64,000 nucleotides of DNA from contig CAXBMO010000010.1 of NCBI GenBank assembly GCA_963977015.1, forward strand, positions 64,001 to 128,000. Reading direction: 5' to 3'. The stretch comes from an uncultured bacterium. Its GTDB lineage: Bacteria; Verrucomicrobiota; Verrucomicrobiia; Verrucomicrobiales; DEV007. The position numbers were made by a program, and so were the translations under genes. The notes under the pieces were generated by a model. The model was given only the letters and a program-made list of their open reading frames with translations, made no database searches and had not been told where the DNA came from. This document shows, piece after piece, positions 1-8,984 of this stretch (position 1 is its first letter; every line of letters begins with the position of its first letter).

Positions 1-1079
1 ATTCCGGTAATCGATTGTTGTAAGGCGTGATCGCAAAGAACCAGTGCGGTCATTGCTTCGACCATCGGGACCGCCCGAGGCAACACACAGGGGTCGTGCC
101 GGCCACGAGCCGCCAATTCGGTGTCTTTGCCGCCTTCTTCGACCGTTTTCTGATTCTGGAGAATCGTCGCAGTCGGTTTAAACGCGATTCGGAAAAAAAT
201 TGGCTCGCCATTCGAAATACCACCCTGAATTCCGCCACTCCGATTGGACCGAGTTCGCACGCGATCGCCTTCCATGTAGAATTCGTCGTTGTGCTCCCGT
301 CCGGTCAACTTGGTGCCTTCAAAGCCCGAGCCAATTTCGAATCCCTTGGTCGCGGGCAGGCTCATCATCGCCTTGGCCAAATCCGCCTCCAGTTTGTCGA
401 AAACGGGTTCTCCCCAGCCGGGAGGACAGCCACGAGCGACGCATTCGACGATACCTCCGATGGAGTTGCCTTCGCTTCTGACGTCTTCGATGAGTTTGAT
501 CATTTCGTCGACCATTTCCGGATCCCCGGTTCTGACGATGTTGGATTCGATCGTCTCAAATTGGACGCTTTCCGGATCCACGTTTGCGACCAGGTTTTGA
601 ATCGTTTTGACGTAAGCGAGGATTTCCAAATCGGGAGCAAGCTTGGCGAGCACCTTCTTCGCGACGACCGCAGCGGCCACACGCCCAATCGTTTCCCGGG
701 CACTGGCTCGACCGCCGCCCTGCCAATTTCGAATCCCATATTTGACCTGGTAGGTGAAATCCGCGTGGCTCGGGCGATACTTGGTCTGCATCTCGCTGTA
801 GGCACCGGGCCGCTGATCCTTGTTCCGCACCAGAACCGCGATCGGGGTCCCAATCGTCTTTCCTTCGAATGTGCCTGACAAAATCTCACAGGAATCCGCT
901 TCCTTGCGAGGAGTAACGATCTTGCTTTGGCCGGGTTTCCGGCGGTCGAGATCAACTTGAATATCTGCTTCCGTAAGTTCGATCCCGGGAGGGCAACCGT
1001 CGATCACCACGCCGACGCCACCACCGTGCGATTCACCCCACGTTGAAATTCGGAAATTTTGGCCAAAAGAGCTTCCCAT
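1..1079 (-). CDS. aroC: Chorismate synthase (3' end runs off the window; not in ORF track)
   Basis: Manual translation from ATG 1079: [32 protein letters not shown]; near position 1: [18 protein letters not shown]. Both are chorismate synthase signatures. Confidence 0.97.
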   Translation of the reverse strand, partial: MGSSFGQNFRISTWGESHGGGVGVVIDGCPPGIELTEADIQVDLDRRKPGQSKIVTPRKEADSCEILSGTFEGKTIGTPIAVLVRNKDQRPGAYSEMQTKYRPSHADFTYQVKYGIRNWQGGGRASARETIGRVAAAVVAKKVLAKLAPDLEILAYVKTIQNLVANVDPESVQFETIESNIVRTGDPEMVDEMIKLIEDVRSEGNSIGGIVECVARGCPPGWGEPVFDKLEADLAKAMMSLPATKGFEIGSGFEGTKLTGREHNDEFYMEGDRVRTRSNRSGGIQGGISNGEPIFFRIAFKPTATILQNQKTVEEGGKDTELAARGRHDPCVLPRAVPMVEAMTALVLCDHALQQSITG

Positions 1080-1121
1080 AATTGTGGACTAACAAAGAGG
1101 CGGGTTCGACAGAACGCAAGC

Positions 1122-1907
1122 TCAGTTGGAGGCCGGAGCAAACCGGGTTCCGATTCCTCGCCCCTCGACCAATTCGCTCAATTGTTCCGGATTCGTGCCC
1201 GAGGCGATGATCGTTTCGATTCCCGCATTGACCGTAAATCGGACCGCCTGAAGTTTGCTGGCCATCCCGCCAACGGAGAGGCGCCCTTTGCTGTCGTCCG
1301 CAAAATCCATCACCTCATCCAGGTTTTCGACATACTCCACGATATCGTTTTCGTCGATCGAGTCCGGACCTCGCAACCCGGGAACGCTCGTCAGAAGAAT
1401 CAGCAGGTCGACTCCCATGAGTTCAGCGACTTTCGACGACAGATTGTCATTATCGCCGAACCGAAGTTCATAAACCGCGACCGAGTCGTTTTCATTGATG
1501 ATTGGAACCACCTCGCTCTGCTCGGTCAGGCACTGAAGGGTGTGGAGCACGTTTTCGCGGCGTTTCTCGACCTCGAAATCTTCGTTGGTGAGGAGGAGTT
1601 GAGCCACTTTCAGATTAAAATTGCGAAAGCCGCTGTCGTAAATCTGCATCAAACGCGCCTGGCCAACCGCAGCGCAGGCCTGGAGCATTCCGGTTTCGGT
1701 TGGGCGTTCATCGAGTTGCAAGGCACTCATTCCCGCCCCAACCGCACCGGAGGAAACCACCAATACTTGATGGCCGGCTTCGACCAAATCCGAGACGGAC
1801 TGAATTAGCCGCCCCAGCATGGCATGATTCAGCGCACCGTCATGGGGGCGGGTTAAAACGCCGGTGCCGATTTTGATGATGACTCGTTTTCCGGAAGGAT
1901 CACTCAT
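1122..1907 (-). CDS. proB: Glutamate 5-kinase, short form without PUA domain
   Basis: IIKIGTGVLT, VSSGAVGAG, AAVGQ, PIINENDSV, FGDNDNLS, GGMASKL motifs; start placed at MSDPSGK. Confidence 0.95.
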   Translation of the reverse strand: MSDPSGKRVIIKIGTGVLTRPHDGALNHAMLGRLIQSVSDLVEAGHQVLVVSSGAVGAGMSALQLDERPTETGMLQACAAVGQARLMQIYDSGFRNFNLKVAQLLLTNEDFEVEKRRENVLHTLQCLTEQSEVVPIINENDSVAVYELRFGDNDNLSSKVAELMGVDLLILLTSVPGLRGPDSIDENDIVEYVENLDEVMDFADDSKGRLSVGGMASKLQAVRFTVNAGIETIIASGTNPEQLSELVEGRGIGTRFAPASN

Positions 1908-1982
1908 GGAAGGTCGGGAAAATCCCTTGCCTAGGGCCCAGTGTAAAGTAATGGTTTCGGCCCGCTTCACAGCGGCGACTAG

Positions 1983-2054
1983 GCACCCGTAGTAAAATGG
2001 ATATTACGTCGGTTTCCGGAGCCGAAAGTGCAGGTTCGATTCCTGCCGGGTGTA
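1983..2054 (+). tRNA. tRNA-Arg(CCG)
   Basis: Acceptor GCACCCG/CGGGTGT; anticodon arm TCGGT-TTCCGGA-GCCGA; T-loop GGTTCGATTCC; CCA not encoded. Confidence 0.95.
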
Positions 2055-2081
2055 CTCCGTCTCTCGGGGGAGGAGGAGGGG

Positions 2082-2912
2082 TTAGAATTCGGACCGGCGA
2101 TAGGCCGCTGGTGAAGTTCCGCGATGCTGTTTCATCATTCGACTGAAGTAGTAGCGGTTGGGGAAGCCGCAGTCCTCCGCGATTTGCTCGATCGATGAAT
2201 CGCCGTGACGCAACATTCGGCAGGCCCGGTCGAGGCGAAAGTCCAACAGCACGCGCATGGGCGACATCCTGACATGCTGTTGGAAGAGATGGTTCAGATT
2301 GCGGACGCTCAAACCGGCGGCGCTGGCGACATGCTCGGAGGTGAGTTTTCGAGCGAGATTGCTGTGCATGAAATCCATGGCCGATTCGACCCGGACATCG
2401 ACTTTGCGCTTGGTCCAGATTTCTGCGGAAAGTTGATGGAGAGCCTCCGCAACGAGAATTGCGGATTGCCACGGGAACGGAGTTTCCTGGGCCGAGGAAA
2501 GCTGATTCAACGCGGAGGTCATTGATGAAGTCAGCTCAACGGGAAATACCCCGGTGGTGGCCCGGTCTCCGCTCGGGCCCAGGATGAAATGGGAATACCA
2601 CTTGGAAAAAGGGCCGACGTTGGTGGAGCGGATCGTGGTTCGAGGTGGAATGAGATAGCCTTTTCCCGGCGCGAGCTCCGTTTCGATTTCCGTGCCTTCG
2701 CTTTCCGTCCAAATGGTTGCCTTGCCTGAAACCGGGACATACAGCCGCCAAAATGGGTCATTGAGTCCCTGGAGTTTCCAAGTCGTCAGTTCGATTAACC
2801 GGGTGGAGAGGATCTGAAGGTTAACATTGCGTAAAATGACGAGGCGTTCCCCCGAGACGCGATGCGGCGATCCCTCAGGCACGAGGCTGATGAATTTTTG
2901 TTCGCCATTCAT
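2082..2912 (-). CDS. AraC-family transcriptional regulator
   Basis: C-terminal double HTH (VASAAGLSVRNLNHLF...SIEQIAEDCGFPNRYYFSRMMK...SPAAYRR), cupin-like N-terminus; start placed at MNGEQK. Confidence 0.93.
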   Translation of the reverse strand: MNGEQKFISLVPEGSPHRVSGERLVILRNVNLQILSTRLIELTTWKLQGLNDPFWRLYVPVSGKATIWTESEGTEIETELAPGKGYLIPPRTTIRSTNVGPFSKWYSHFILGPSGDRATTGVFPVELTSSMTSALNQLSSAQETPFPWQSAILVAEALHQLSAEIWTKRKVDVRVESAMDFMHSNLARKLTSEHVASAAGLSVRNLNHLFQQHVRMSPMRVLLDFRLDRACRMLRHGDSSIEQIAEDCGFPNRYYFSRMMKQHRGTSPAAYRRSEF

Positions 2913-2989
2913 TACGGGGTTCGTTTCAGTAAATACACGCGGACAAGAAAGGGCGTCCGGGAACGCATTGGTGGAATTCTGCCGGATCG

Positions 2990-3019
2990 GACACAAAGTC
3001 GGCGAGACAAGGCATGGTG
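2990..3019. promoter_or_regulatory. Candidate AraC operator, copy 1 (GACACAAA-N13-GGCATGGTG)
   Basis: Same motif and spacing recur at 3178 and 4309, all intergenic. Confidence 0.55.
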
Positions 3020-3177
3020 ATTCCAAAAGATGACCATATTATCGTGACGTCATCAAGCAGTCATCCGAGTTAAGGGGTTTTCTCGGATTGCTTAGTGGGG
3101 CCGCTTGCGACCATTTTTGGTTGCAAGCGGCTCATTTCATTTCTGCCACAGGCAGTTTCGGGGCGTCTTCCGAATTT

Positions 3178-3207
3178 GACACAAACCTCTCAGGTGCGGG
3201 CATGGTG
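3178..3207. promoter_or_regulatory. Candidate AraC operator, copy 2 (GACACAAA-N13-GGCATGGTG)
   Basis: Both half-sites identical to copy 1; about 60 nt upstream of the fbaA start. Confidence 0.55.
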
Positions 3208-3266
3208 CTTTGGGAAATATGGCACGATCCTGGTTTCGTAAGTCAAAACCGAACCAAATTCCTCCA

Positions 3267-4289
3267 ATGCCTGTTGCCAATTCCTACCAATACCGATCCA
3301 TGCTTGATGCCGCCCTTGAACAGGGACATGCGCTGCCGGCGATCAACGTTTCAACGGTGACCGCAATCAATGGAGCCTTGAAAGCGCTTTCCGAAGCGAG
3401 GTCCGACGGCATCCTTCAAGTGCTTCCCTGCGCCGCGGAGTTCGCGTCGGGCGACTCGGCAACCCCGGCCGAGGGAGCGATTGTTCTGGCGGAAGCGGCC
3501 CACCGGTTGGCGAAGCAGTATGACATTTTGATTGGGCTTCACACCGATCATTGCCTTCCTGAAGACGTGGATCGATTTCTGCTTCCCTTGATTGAGGAAT
3601 CGGAGCGCCGGCGCGGTCTCGGATTGCCCAACCTGTTCAATTCCCACATGTTTGACGGTTCACGGCTTCCCTTGCCGGAGAATCTCCAGCAAGCCAAGCA
3701 ACTGCTTCGCCGGTGCAGTCAGATCGACATCGTGCTCGAGATTGAAGCGGGGGTCGTTGGGGGAAATGAAATTGAAGGAGATCCGGAGTCATCGAGCGGG
3801 GTAACGACGCCCGAAGAGATGGTGGAAGTCTATGAGCAGTTGGAAGGGCAGGGACGCTATCTGTTCGCTGCGGCATTTGGGAACCTGCATGGGAGCTACA
3901 AATCCGGCGCTCTGGATATCCAGCCGGAAGTGCTTCGAAGGGGACAAAAGGCGGTTCGCAAGAAATTTGGGAAAGACGCGGGATTCGAATTTGTGTTTCA
4001 CGGGGGCTCCAGTTCTCCGGTGGGGCAGATTCGCGAAGCGATTCGCCATGGAGTGGTGAAGATGAATCTCGACAGTGACACGCTCTATGCCTTCACGCGT
4101 CCCTTGGCGAAGCACTTGTTCATGCATTTTGACGAGGCGTTGAGGCTGGATGGCGAAATGGGGATCAAGAAAGCCTACGATCCCCAGGTCTATCTTCGGA
4201 AGGCGGCAGAGGGCTTTGGCGCTCGCGTGAAAGAAGCCTGTCACGATCTCATGAGTGCGGGGCGCACGTTGGCCGTCACGGCCGGTTGA
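3267..4289 (+). CDS. fbaA: Class II fructose-bisphosphate aldolase
   Basis: LHTDH, SHMFDGS, FGNLHG, FHGGS, GVVKMN motifs; start MPVANS. Confidence 0.9.
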   Translation: MPVANSYQYRSMLDAALEQGHALPAINVSTVTAINGALKALSEARSDGILQVLPCAAEFASGDSATPAEGAIVLAEAAHRLAKQYDILIGLHTDHCLPEDVDRFLLPLIEESERRRGLGLPNLFNSHMFDGSRLPLPENLQQAKQLLRRCSQIDIVLEIEAGVVGGNEIEGDPESSSGVTTPEEMVEVYEQLEGQGRYLFAAAFGNLHGSYKSGALDIQPEVLRRGQKAVRKKFGKDAGFEFVFHGGSSSPVGQIREAIRHGVVKMNLDSDTLYAFTRPLAKHLFMHFDEALRLDGEMGIKKAYDPQVYLRKAAEGFGARVKEACHDLMSAGRTLAVTAG

Positions 4290-4308
4290 ATGGAGGATTG
4301 CTGGATTC

Positions 4309-4338
4309 GACACAAACTCAGCGCTTCCGGCCATCGCG
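4309..4338. promoter_or_regulatory. Candidate AraC operator, copy 3 (GACACAAA-N13-GCCATCGCG)
   Basis: In the fbaA-dhaL spacer; same first half-site and spacing, degenerate second half-site. Confidence 0.45.
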
Positions 4339-4368
4339 TCATGGCCATGAAATTCTACAATCGTCGAA

Positions 4369-5028
4369 ATGGACTCAACGTTAACAAACCTCTCCCCAAC
4401 GGAAGTTCGAGAAATGCTGCTGTTGGTAGCCGATCGGATCATTGAAGCTGAACCTGAACTTTCAGAAGCAGACCGCAACCTGGGGGACGGAGATCACGGA
4501 ATCGGCATGCAACGCGGAATGAATGCGGCCAAAGAGGCACTCGCAGAAACCGCAGAGGACAGCACCGTTGGTGAGCTGTTTACGGTGATGGGAAAAGCGA
4601 TGATGAGTTCCATGGGTGGAGCGTCGGGAGTGATCTTTGGTTCCCTGTTTCGAGGGGGAGGCAAAGCCCTGAAAGGATACATTGGCGGATTTGATGCCCG
4701 GGCGCTTTCGATGGTGCTTTCCGCCGCCGTTGAGGTGATTCGAGATCGTGGTGGCGCGAAGGCCGGAGACAAGACGATGCTGGACGCGCTGATTCCCGCC
4801 AGTCTCAAAGCCTCGGAACTGATGGAGGTGCCGCTGGAAGAAGCCTTGAAGCAGGTTGCAGAGGCTGCCGAAGCTGGAAAAGAGGCTTCCAAAGACATGA
4901 TCGCAACGATGGGACGGGCGAAAACCCTCGGAGAACGATCGCTGGGGCACCCGGATGCCGGAGCCTGTTCGGTGGCGATTATTTTGCAGACGATGGCCGA
5001 TTTCACCGCGGAACAATCCGCATCTTAA
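4369..5028 (+). CDS. dhaL: Dihydroxyacetone kinase subunit L (DAK2 domain)
   Basis: GDGDHG, GGASG, GDKTMLDAL, GRAKTLGERSLGHPDAGA. Confidence 0.93.
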   Translation: MDSTLTNLSPTEVREMLLLVADRIIEAEPELSEADRNLGDGDHGIGMQRGMNAAKEALAETAEDSTVGELFTVMGKAMMSSMGGASGVIFGSLFRGGGKALKGYIGGFDARALSMVLSAAVEVIRDRGGAKAGDKTMLDALIPASLKASELMEVPLEEALKQVAEAAEAGKEASKDMIATMGRAKTLGERSLGHPDAGACSVAIILQTMADFTAEQSAS

Positions 5029-5060
5029 CCACAAACTACAAACTCCTAAACTCTACCACT

Positions 5061-6008
5061 ATGGCTGACTTAGATGGCGTTCAGAAGAACAAGGAATTCT
5101 ACACAGAAATTCCGCAGGAAACTCCGGGCTTTTTCCTCAAAGGCTCGAATCAATACGACTGGGGACTCCAAAATCGACTTTCCCAAGTCTTTAATCCCAA
5201 GACCGGTCGCACCATTATGCTGGCTTTCGACCACGGCTATTTCATGGGGCCAACCACCGGTCTGGAACGGGTTGACCAAACCATTTTGCCGCTCGAGCCG
5301 CATTGCGACTGTCTCATGCTGACTCGCGGAATTCAGCGCAGTATCATCCCTGCTTCGACCCAGAAAGCGATCGCGCTGAGAGCGTCGGGCGGAACGTCGA
5401 TGATCAGTCCAATGGACGAATACGAAGGTGAGTGGGATGGCAAGCCCATGAAGCTTTCCCGCCCCGGTTATGAGCCGCTTTCGTTCGAAGATACCGCCGT
5501 CGATATCGAAGAAGCGATTCGCCTCAATGCGTCGGTTCTGGCCGTCCAGGTCTTCATCGGGAGCCAGCATGAGCGGCGTTCGCTGCAAAACCTGACCAAG
5601 ACGATCGATGCCGCGAATCGCTATGGAATCGCGGTGATGGGCGTGGTGGCCGTTGGTCGTTCCATGGAGCGGACCGCAAAATACTTCCGGATGGCAACGC
5701 GGATCATGGCTGAGCTGGGTTGCCATTTGGTGAAGTGCTACCACGTGGAAGAAGAATTCGAGACCATCACCAGTTGCTGCCCGGTTCCGATCGTGATCGC
5801 CGGCGGTAAGAAGCGCCCCGAGTTGGACGCGCTTAAGATGGCCTATGATGCCTGCGAACAGGGTGCCAGCGGAGTCGACATGGGACGAAATATCTTCCAG
5901 TCCGACGCTCCGGTTCCAATGATGAAAGCCGTTCGCGGCGTGGTCCACGAGGGGTTGAAGCCTGAAGAAGGTTTCCAGCTCTATCAGGATCTGAAGGCTG
6001 AGGCGTAA
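5061..6008 (+). CDS. lsrF: LsrF-like class I aldolase/thiolase
   Basis: FFLKGS...DWGLQNRLS, MLAFDHGYFMGPTTGLER, VPIVIAGGKK, GASGVDMGRNIFQS. Confidence 0.9.
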   Translation: MADLDGVQKNKEFYTEIPQETPGFFLKGSNQYDWGLQNRLSQVFNPKTGRTIMLAFDHGYFMGPTTGLERVDQTILPLEPHCDCLMLTRGIQRSIIPASTQKAIALRASGGTSMISPMDEYEGEWDGKPMKLSRPGYEPLSFEDTAVDIEEAIRLNASVLAVQVFIGSQHERRSLQNLTKTIDAANRYGIAVMGVVAVGRSMERTAKYFRMATRIMAELGCHLVKCYHVEEEFETITSCCPVPIVIAGGKKRPELDALKMAYDACEQGASGVDMGRNIFQSDAPVPMMKAVRGVVHEGLKPEEGFQLYQDLKAEA

Positions 6009-6038
6009 GCCCTCCTCTGAGACACCTTACCTCTTTTG

Positions 6039-6083
6039 CAGTGCGGTTTCGCGATTCTTTCGCGTTGCCGCACTGTTGTTTTT
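6039..6083 (+). terminator. Intrinsic terminator after lsrF
   Basis: Stem CAGTGCGG (6039)/CCGCACTG (6068), inner CGCGA/TCGCG, then TTGTTTTT. Confidence 0.7.
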
Positions 6084-6294
6084 GAGAAGAAGGGTGTCCT
6101 TGCTTTTTGCTGGCCAAATCGCCTTTGGTTGAGAGAGGATGACGAGAGGGAGCGCATCCGCCTCTCAACTCCGAAGAACCTGTTGTTCAGGTGTTTGCCG
6201 TGAACGAATGCCATCATCGTGCGTTCATTGGCTTCCACCACCGTTCAACGCTTACGCCCTCAGAAATTAACCCCCTCTACCAACCTGGAAAACC

Positions 6295-8982
6295 ATGAAG
6301 CATTGCGTCGTCAATGTTTCCCTGTTCCTCATCGGAACGCTCTCCGCGGAAGTCAGCGAAGGAGAGAAGCTCTTCGCGTTAAAGGTAAACCCGATTTTTG
6401 CTGAGAAGTGCAATGCTTGTCATGGCGATGAACCTGACAAGATAAAGGGCGGTTTTGATATGCGGACGTTGGAGTCAATGCTGAAAGGTGGGAAAACTTT
6501 CGCGGATGAGGTGCTGATACCTGGAAAAGGAGAGGAAAGCTTTCTCTATATCACGACGACGCGTCGGGAAGTGGACTATGAGATGCCGCCCAAGGAAGCG
6601 GAGCAACTGACTCAGGAACAGCAATGGTGGATTCGGGATTGGATCAATGAAGGCGCGCCGTGGCCGGGCGAAGAACGCATTGCTTTGATTCAGGAGAAAT
6701 ATGCGAAAGGTTTGCAAGTTAAGACATCAAAGGCGCTTTCGGAAGATTGGCAGAATCGACGCTACGAGCCGGAGAAACTGTGGGCCTATCATCCACTGAA
6801 AAGTGCTTCAGTTCCGGAGGGCGAACATCCTGTCGATTTTTTTATCAATCACAAGCTGATGGAAGCGAAGTTGGAACCTGCTCCAAATGCTGAGCCAAGA
6901 GAACTCGCCCGCCGGCTTCGCTTTGGCTTGACCGGCTTACCCCCGACTCCGGAGGAGGTGAAGGCCTTCGTCGATGGATACCACACCATTCCTGGGAAGA
7001 CAGTTCAGAGCTTTGCGGCTGAGTTGATGGCAAAGCCGCAGTATGGCGAACATTTTGGCCGCCATTGGCTGGACGTGACTCGCTATGCGGATTCCGCCGG
7101 ATTTGCCAACGATTACACCCGGCCGAATGCCTGGCGGTATCGCGATTATGTCGTGCGTTCGTTCAACGGCGACAAGCCGTATGATCAGTTCGTTCGGGAA
7201 CAAATTGCGGGCGACGAACTGGAGGAAACGAATCCGGAGAACCTGATTGCGACCGGATTTCTGCGGATGGGGCCGTGGGAACAAACCGGAATGAGCGTCT
7301 TCCGGGAGACCCGGCAAATGTGGTTGGATGACGTGACGGATTCGGTCGGCCAGACCTTTCTCGCTCACGCTCTGCAATGCGCGAAATGTCACGACCACAA
7401 ATTCGATCCCATTCCAACGCGGGACTATTACAGCATGATGGCGGTGTTTTCGACCACGCAATTTGTGGAGCGCAACGCCCCGTTTCTCCCACCGGAAAAT
7501 CAGACGGGTTTTTCGTCATCGGACCAATGGGTCAACGCCAAGTTGGCTTCCTACCAGCGGCAACAGAAAGCTCTCAAGGAGAAGGTGGCGAAACTCCGAA
7601 AAGCAGAATCGGGTTCGGCTAGAGTGGGGGACAACGGTCTTGATCCTGGCGACGAAGCTTCCCTGGCCAGAATGAACAAAAACTTGTCGCGCCATCGTTG
7701 GGAGTTGGATCGCACGAGGCCAATCGCCTTTTCGGTTTATACCGGAAGCACGATCACGCGAAAGAACGTTGGAAACCGAATCCCAATGCCGAAACATCGA
7801 TGGGAGCTTGGTCGGATGGAAACGGATGCGATTCTGGCAGGTGGCGATGTCTACTCTCCCTCCGATCCGGTGCATCCAGCACCACTGAGTGCGGCGGTGA
7901 GTCTTGGCGAAATGGAGGGGTCGACGTTTCCCGCCGGTCAGGGCAAGCGACGGCTTGCGCTGGCGAATTGGATCGTCGATCCCGGGAATCCACTCACCGC
8001 CCGGGTGCTGGTCAACCGGGTTTGGTCGTGGCATTTTGGGGTTGGCCTGGCCGGCAATCCCAACAACTTTGGAGGAACGGGAGGCCTGCCAACCCATCCC
8101 CGGTTGCTCGACTATCTTGCCAACTGGTTGATGGAAAATGACTGGTCGGTGAAGAAGCTGAATTCGCTGATCCTGAGTTCCGAGGCGTATCGCCGCAGCA
8201 GTCGGCATCCGAATCCACCCCTTCACTTGGCGCGCGATCCCAAATTGGAGAAATACGCAACCTTTCGTCCCCGGCGGTTGATTGCCGAGGAACTTCGCGA
8301 TGCCATGTTGGCGGTGAGCGGGGAATTGAATCCGCAGGTCGGCGGCATCCCGGCAAGACCGGACATGAACGAGGAAGTTGCCATGCAACCGCGCCAGATC
8401 ATGGGAGGAACGGCATCGGTTTACGAGCCGGATCCACTGCCGGAACAGCGAAACCGGCGCAGCATCTATGCGGAGAAAGTCCGGGGCTTGCGGGACCCAT
8501 TCCTCGAGACATTCAATCAACCCGGCCCTGATAATTCGTGCGAACTTCGGGAAACGTCGACCGTGGCTCCGCAGGCCTTGACGCTCTTCAACGCGGAGGA
8601 AGTGCAGGATCGGGCGATTGCGTTCGCGAAACGATTGACTGAGGAGGGCAATCCCGCCGAAAAAACAATTCAACGGGCATTCGAACTCGCCCTGGCGCGG
8701 AGCCCTTCCGAAGAGGAGCTCGCAACCTGCCTTACCCACTGGGAAACCATGGCTCGGGAGGAGGCGTCTTCGAACCACGAGCCCAAAAGCTTTCCAATCC
8801 GGATCAAGCGGACCGTGATGGCCGAGAAGACCGGCGAGCCCTACGACTTCTTCGAAGAAATGCCCGCTTTCGAAAACTATCAGCCCGACACCCAGCCCAT
8901 CGATGTCGATCCGAAAACGCGGGGCCTAGCCCAAGTCTGCCTCGTGATTTTCAACCTGAATGAATTTGCTTACCTGGATTGA
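6295..8982 (+). CDS. Planctomycete cytochrome c protein (PSCyt1 + DUF1549 + DUF1553)
   Basis: Signal peptide; CNACH and CAKCH heme motifs; YGEHFGRHWLDVTRYADS; NPLTARVLVNRVW; PTHPRLLDYLA. Confidence 0.92.
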   Translation: MKHCVVNVSLFLIGTLSAEVSEGEKLFALKVNPIFAEKCNACHGDEPDKIKGGFDMRTLESMLKGGKTFADEVLIPGKGEESFLYITTTRREVDYEMPPKEAEQLTQEQQWWIRDWINEGAPWPGEERIALIQEKYAKGLQVKTSKALSEDWQNRRYEPEKLWAYHPLKSASVPEGEHPVDFFINHKLMEAKLEPAPNAEPRELARRLRFGLTGLPPTPEEVKAFVDGYHTIPGKTVQSFAAELMAKPQYGEHFGRHWLDVTRYADSAGFANDYTRPNAWRYRDYVVRSFNGDKPYDQFVREQIAGDELEETNPENLIATGFLRMGPWEQTGMSVFRETRQMWLDDVTDSVGQTFLAHALQCAKCHDHKFDPIPTRDYYSMMAVFSTTQFVERNAPFLPPENQTGFSSSDQWVNAKLASYQRQQKALKEKVAKLRKAESGSARVGDNGLDPGDEASLARMNKNLSRHRWELDRTRPIAFSVYTGSTITRKNVGNRIPMPKHRWELGRMETDAILAGGDVYSPSDPVHPAPLSAAVSLGEMEGSTFPAGQGKRRLALANWIVDPGNPLTARVLVNRVWSWHFGVGLAGNPNNFGGTGGLPTHPRLLDYLANWLMENDWSVKKLNSLILSSEAYRRSSRHPNPPLHLARDPKLEKYATFRPRRLIAEELRDAMLAVSGELNPQVGGIPARPDMNEEVAMQPRQIMGGTASVYEPDPLPEQRNRRSIYAEKVRGLRDPFLETFNQPGPDNSCELRETSTVAPQALTLFNAEEVQDRAIAFAKRLTEEGNPAEKTIQRAFELALARSPSEEELATCLTHWETMAREEASSNHEPKSFPIRIKRTVMAEKTGEPYDFFEEMPAFENYQPDTQPIDVDPKTRGLAQVCLVIFNLNEFAYLD

Positions 8983-8984
8983 TC

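Noticed and set aside
27-1808. Long plus-strand ORFs 27..878 and 1059..1808
   Set aside because: Antisense shadows of aroC and proB, which carry the recognisable motifs.
3220-3234. Sigma54-like TGGCACG-N4-TGGT upstream of fbaA
   Set aside because: The -12 element lacks the conserved GC; better explained as a further GGCA half-site of the repeat motif.
6139-6270. 43-codon Cys-rich ORF (MTRGSAS...) upstream of the cytochrome gene
   Set aside because: Purine tract abuts the ATG with no spacing, no recognisable motif; likely chance.
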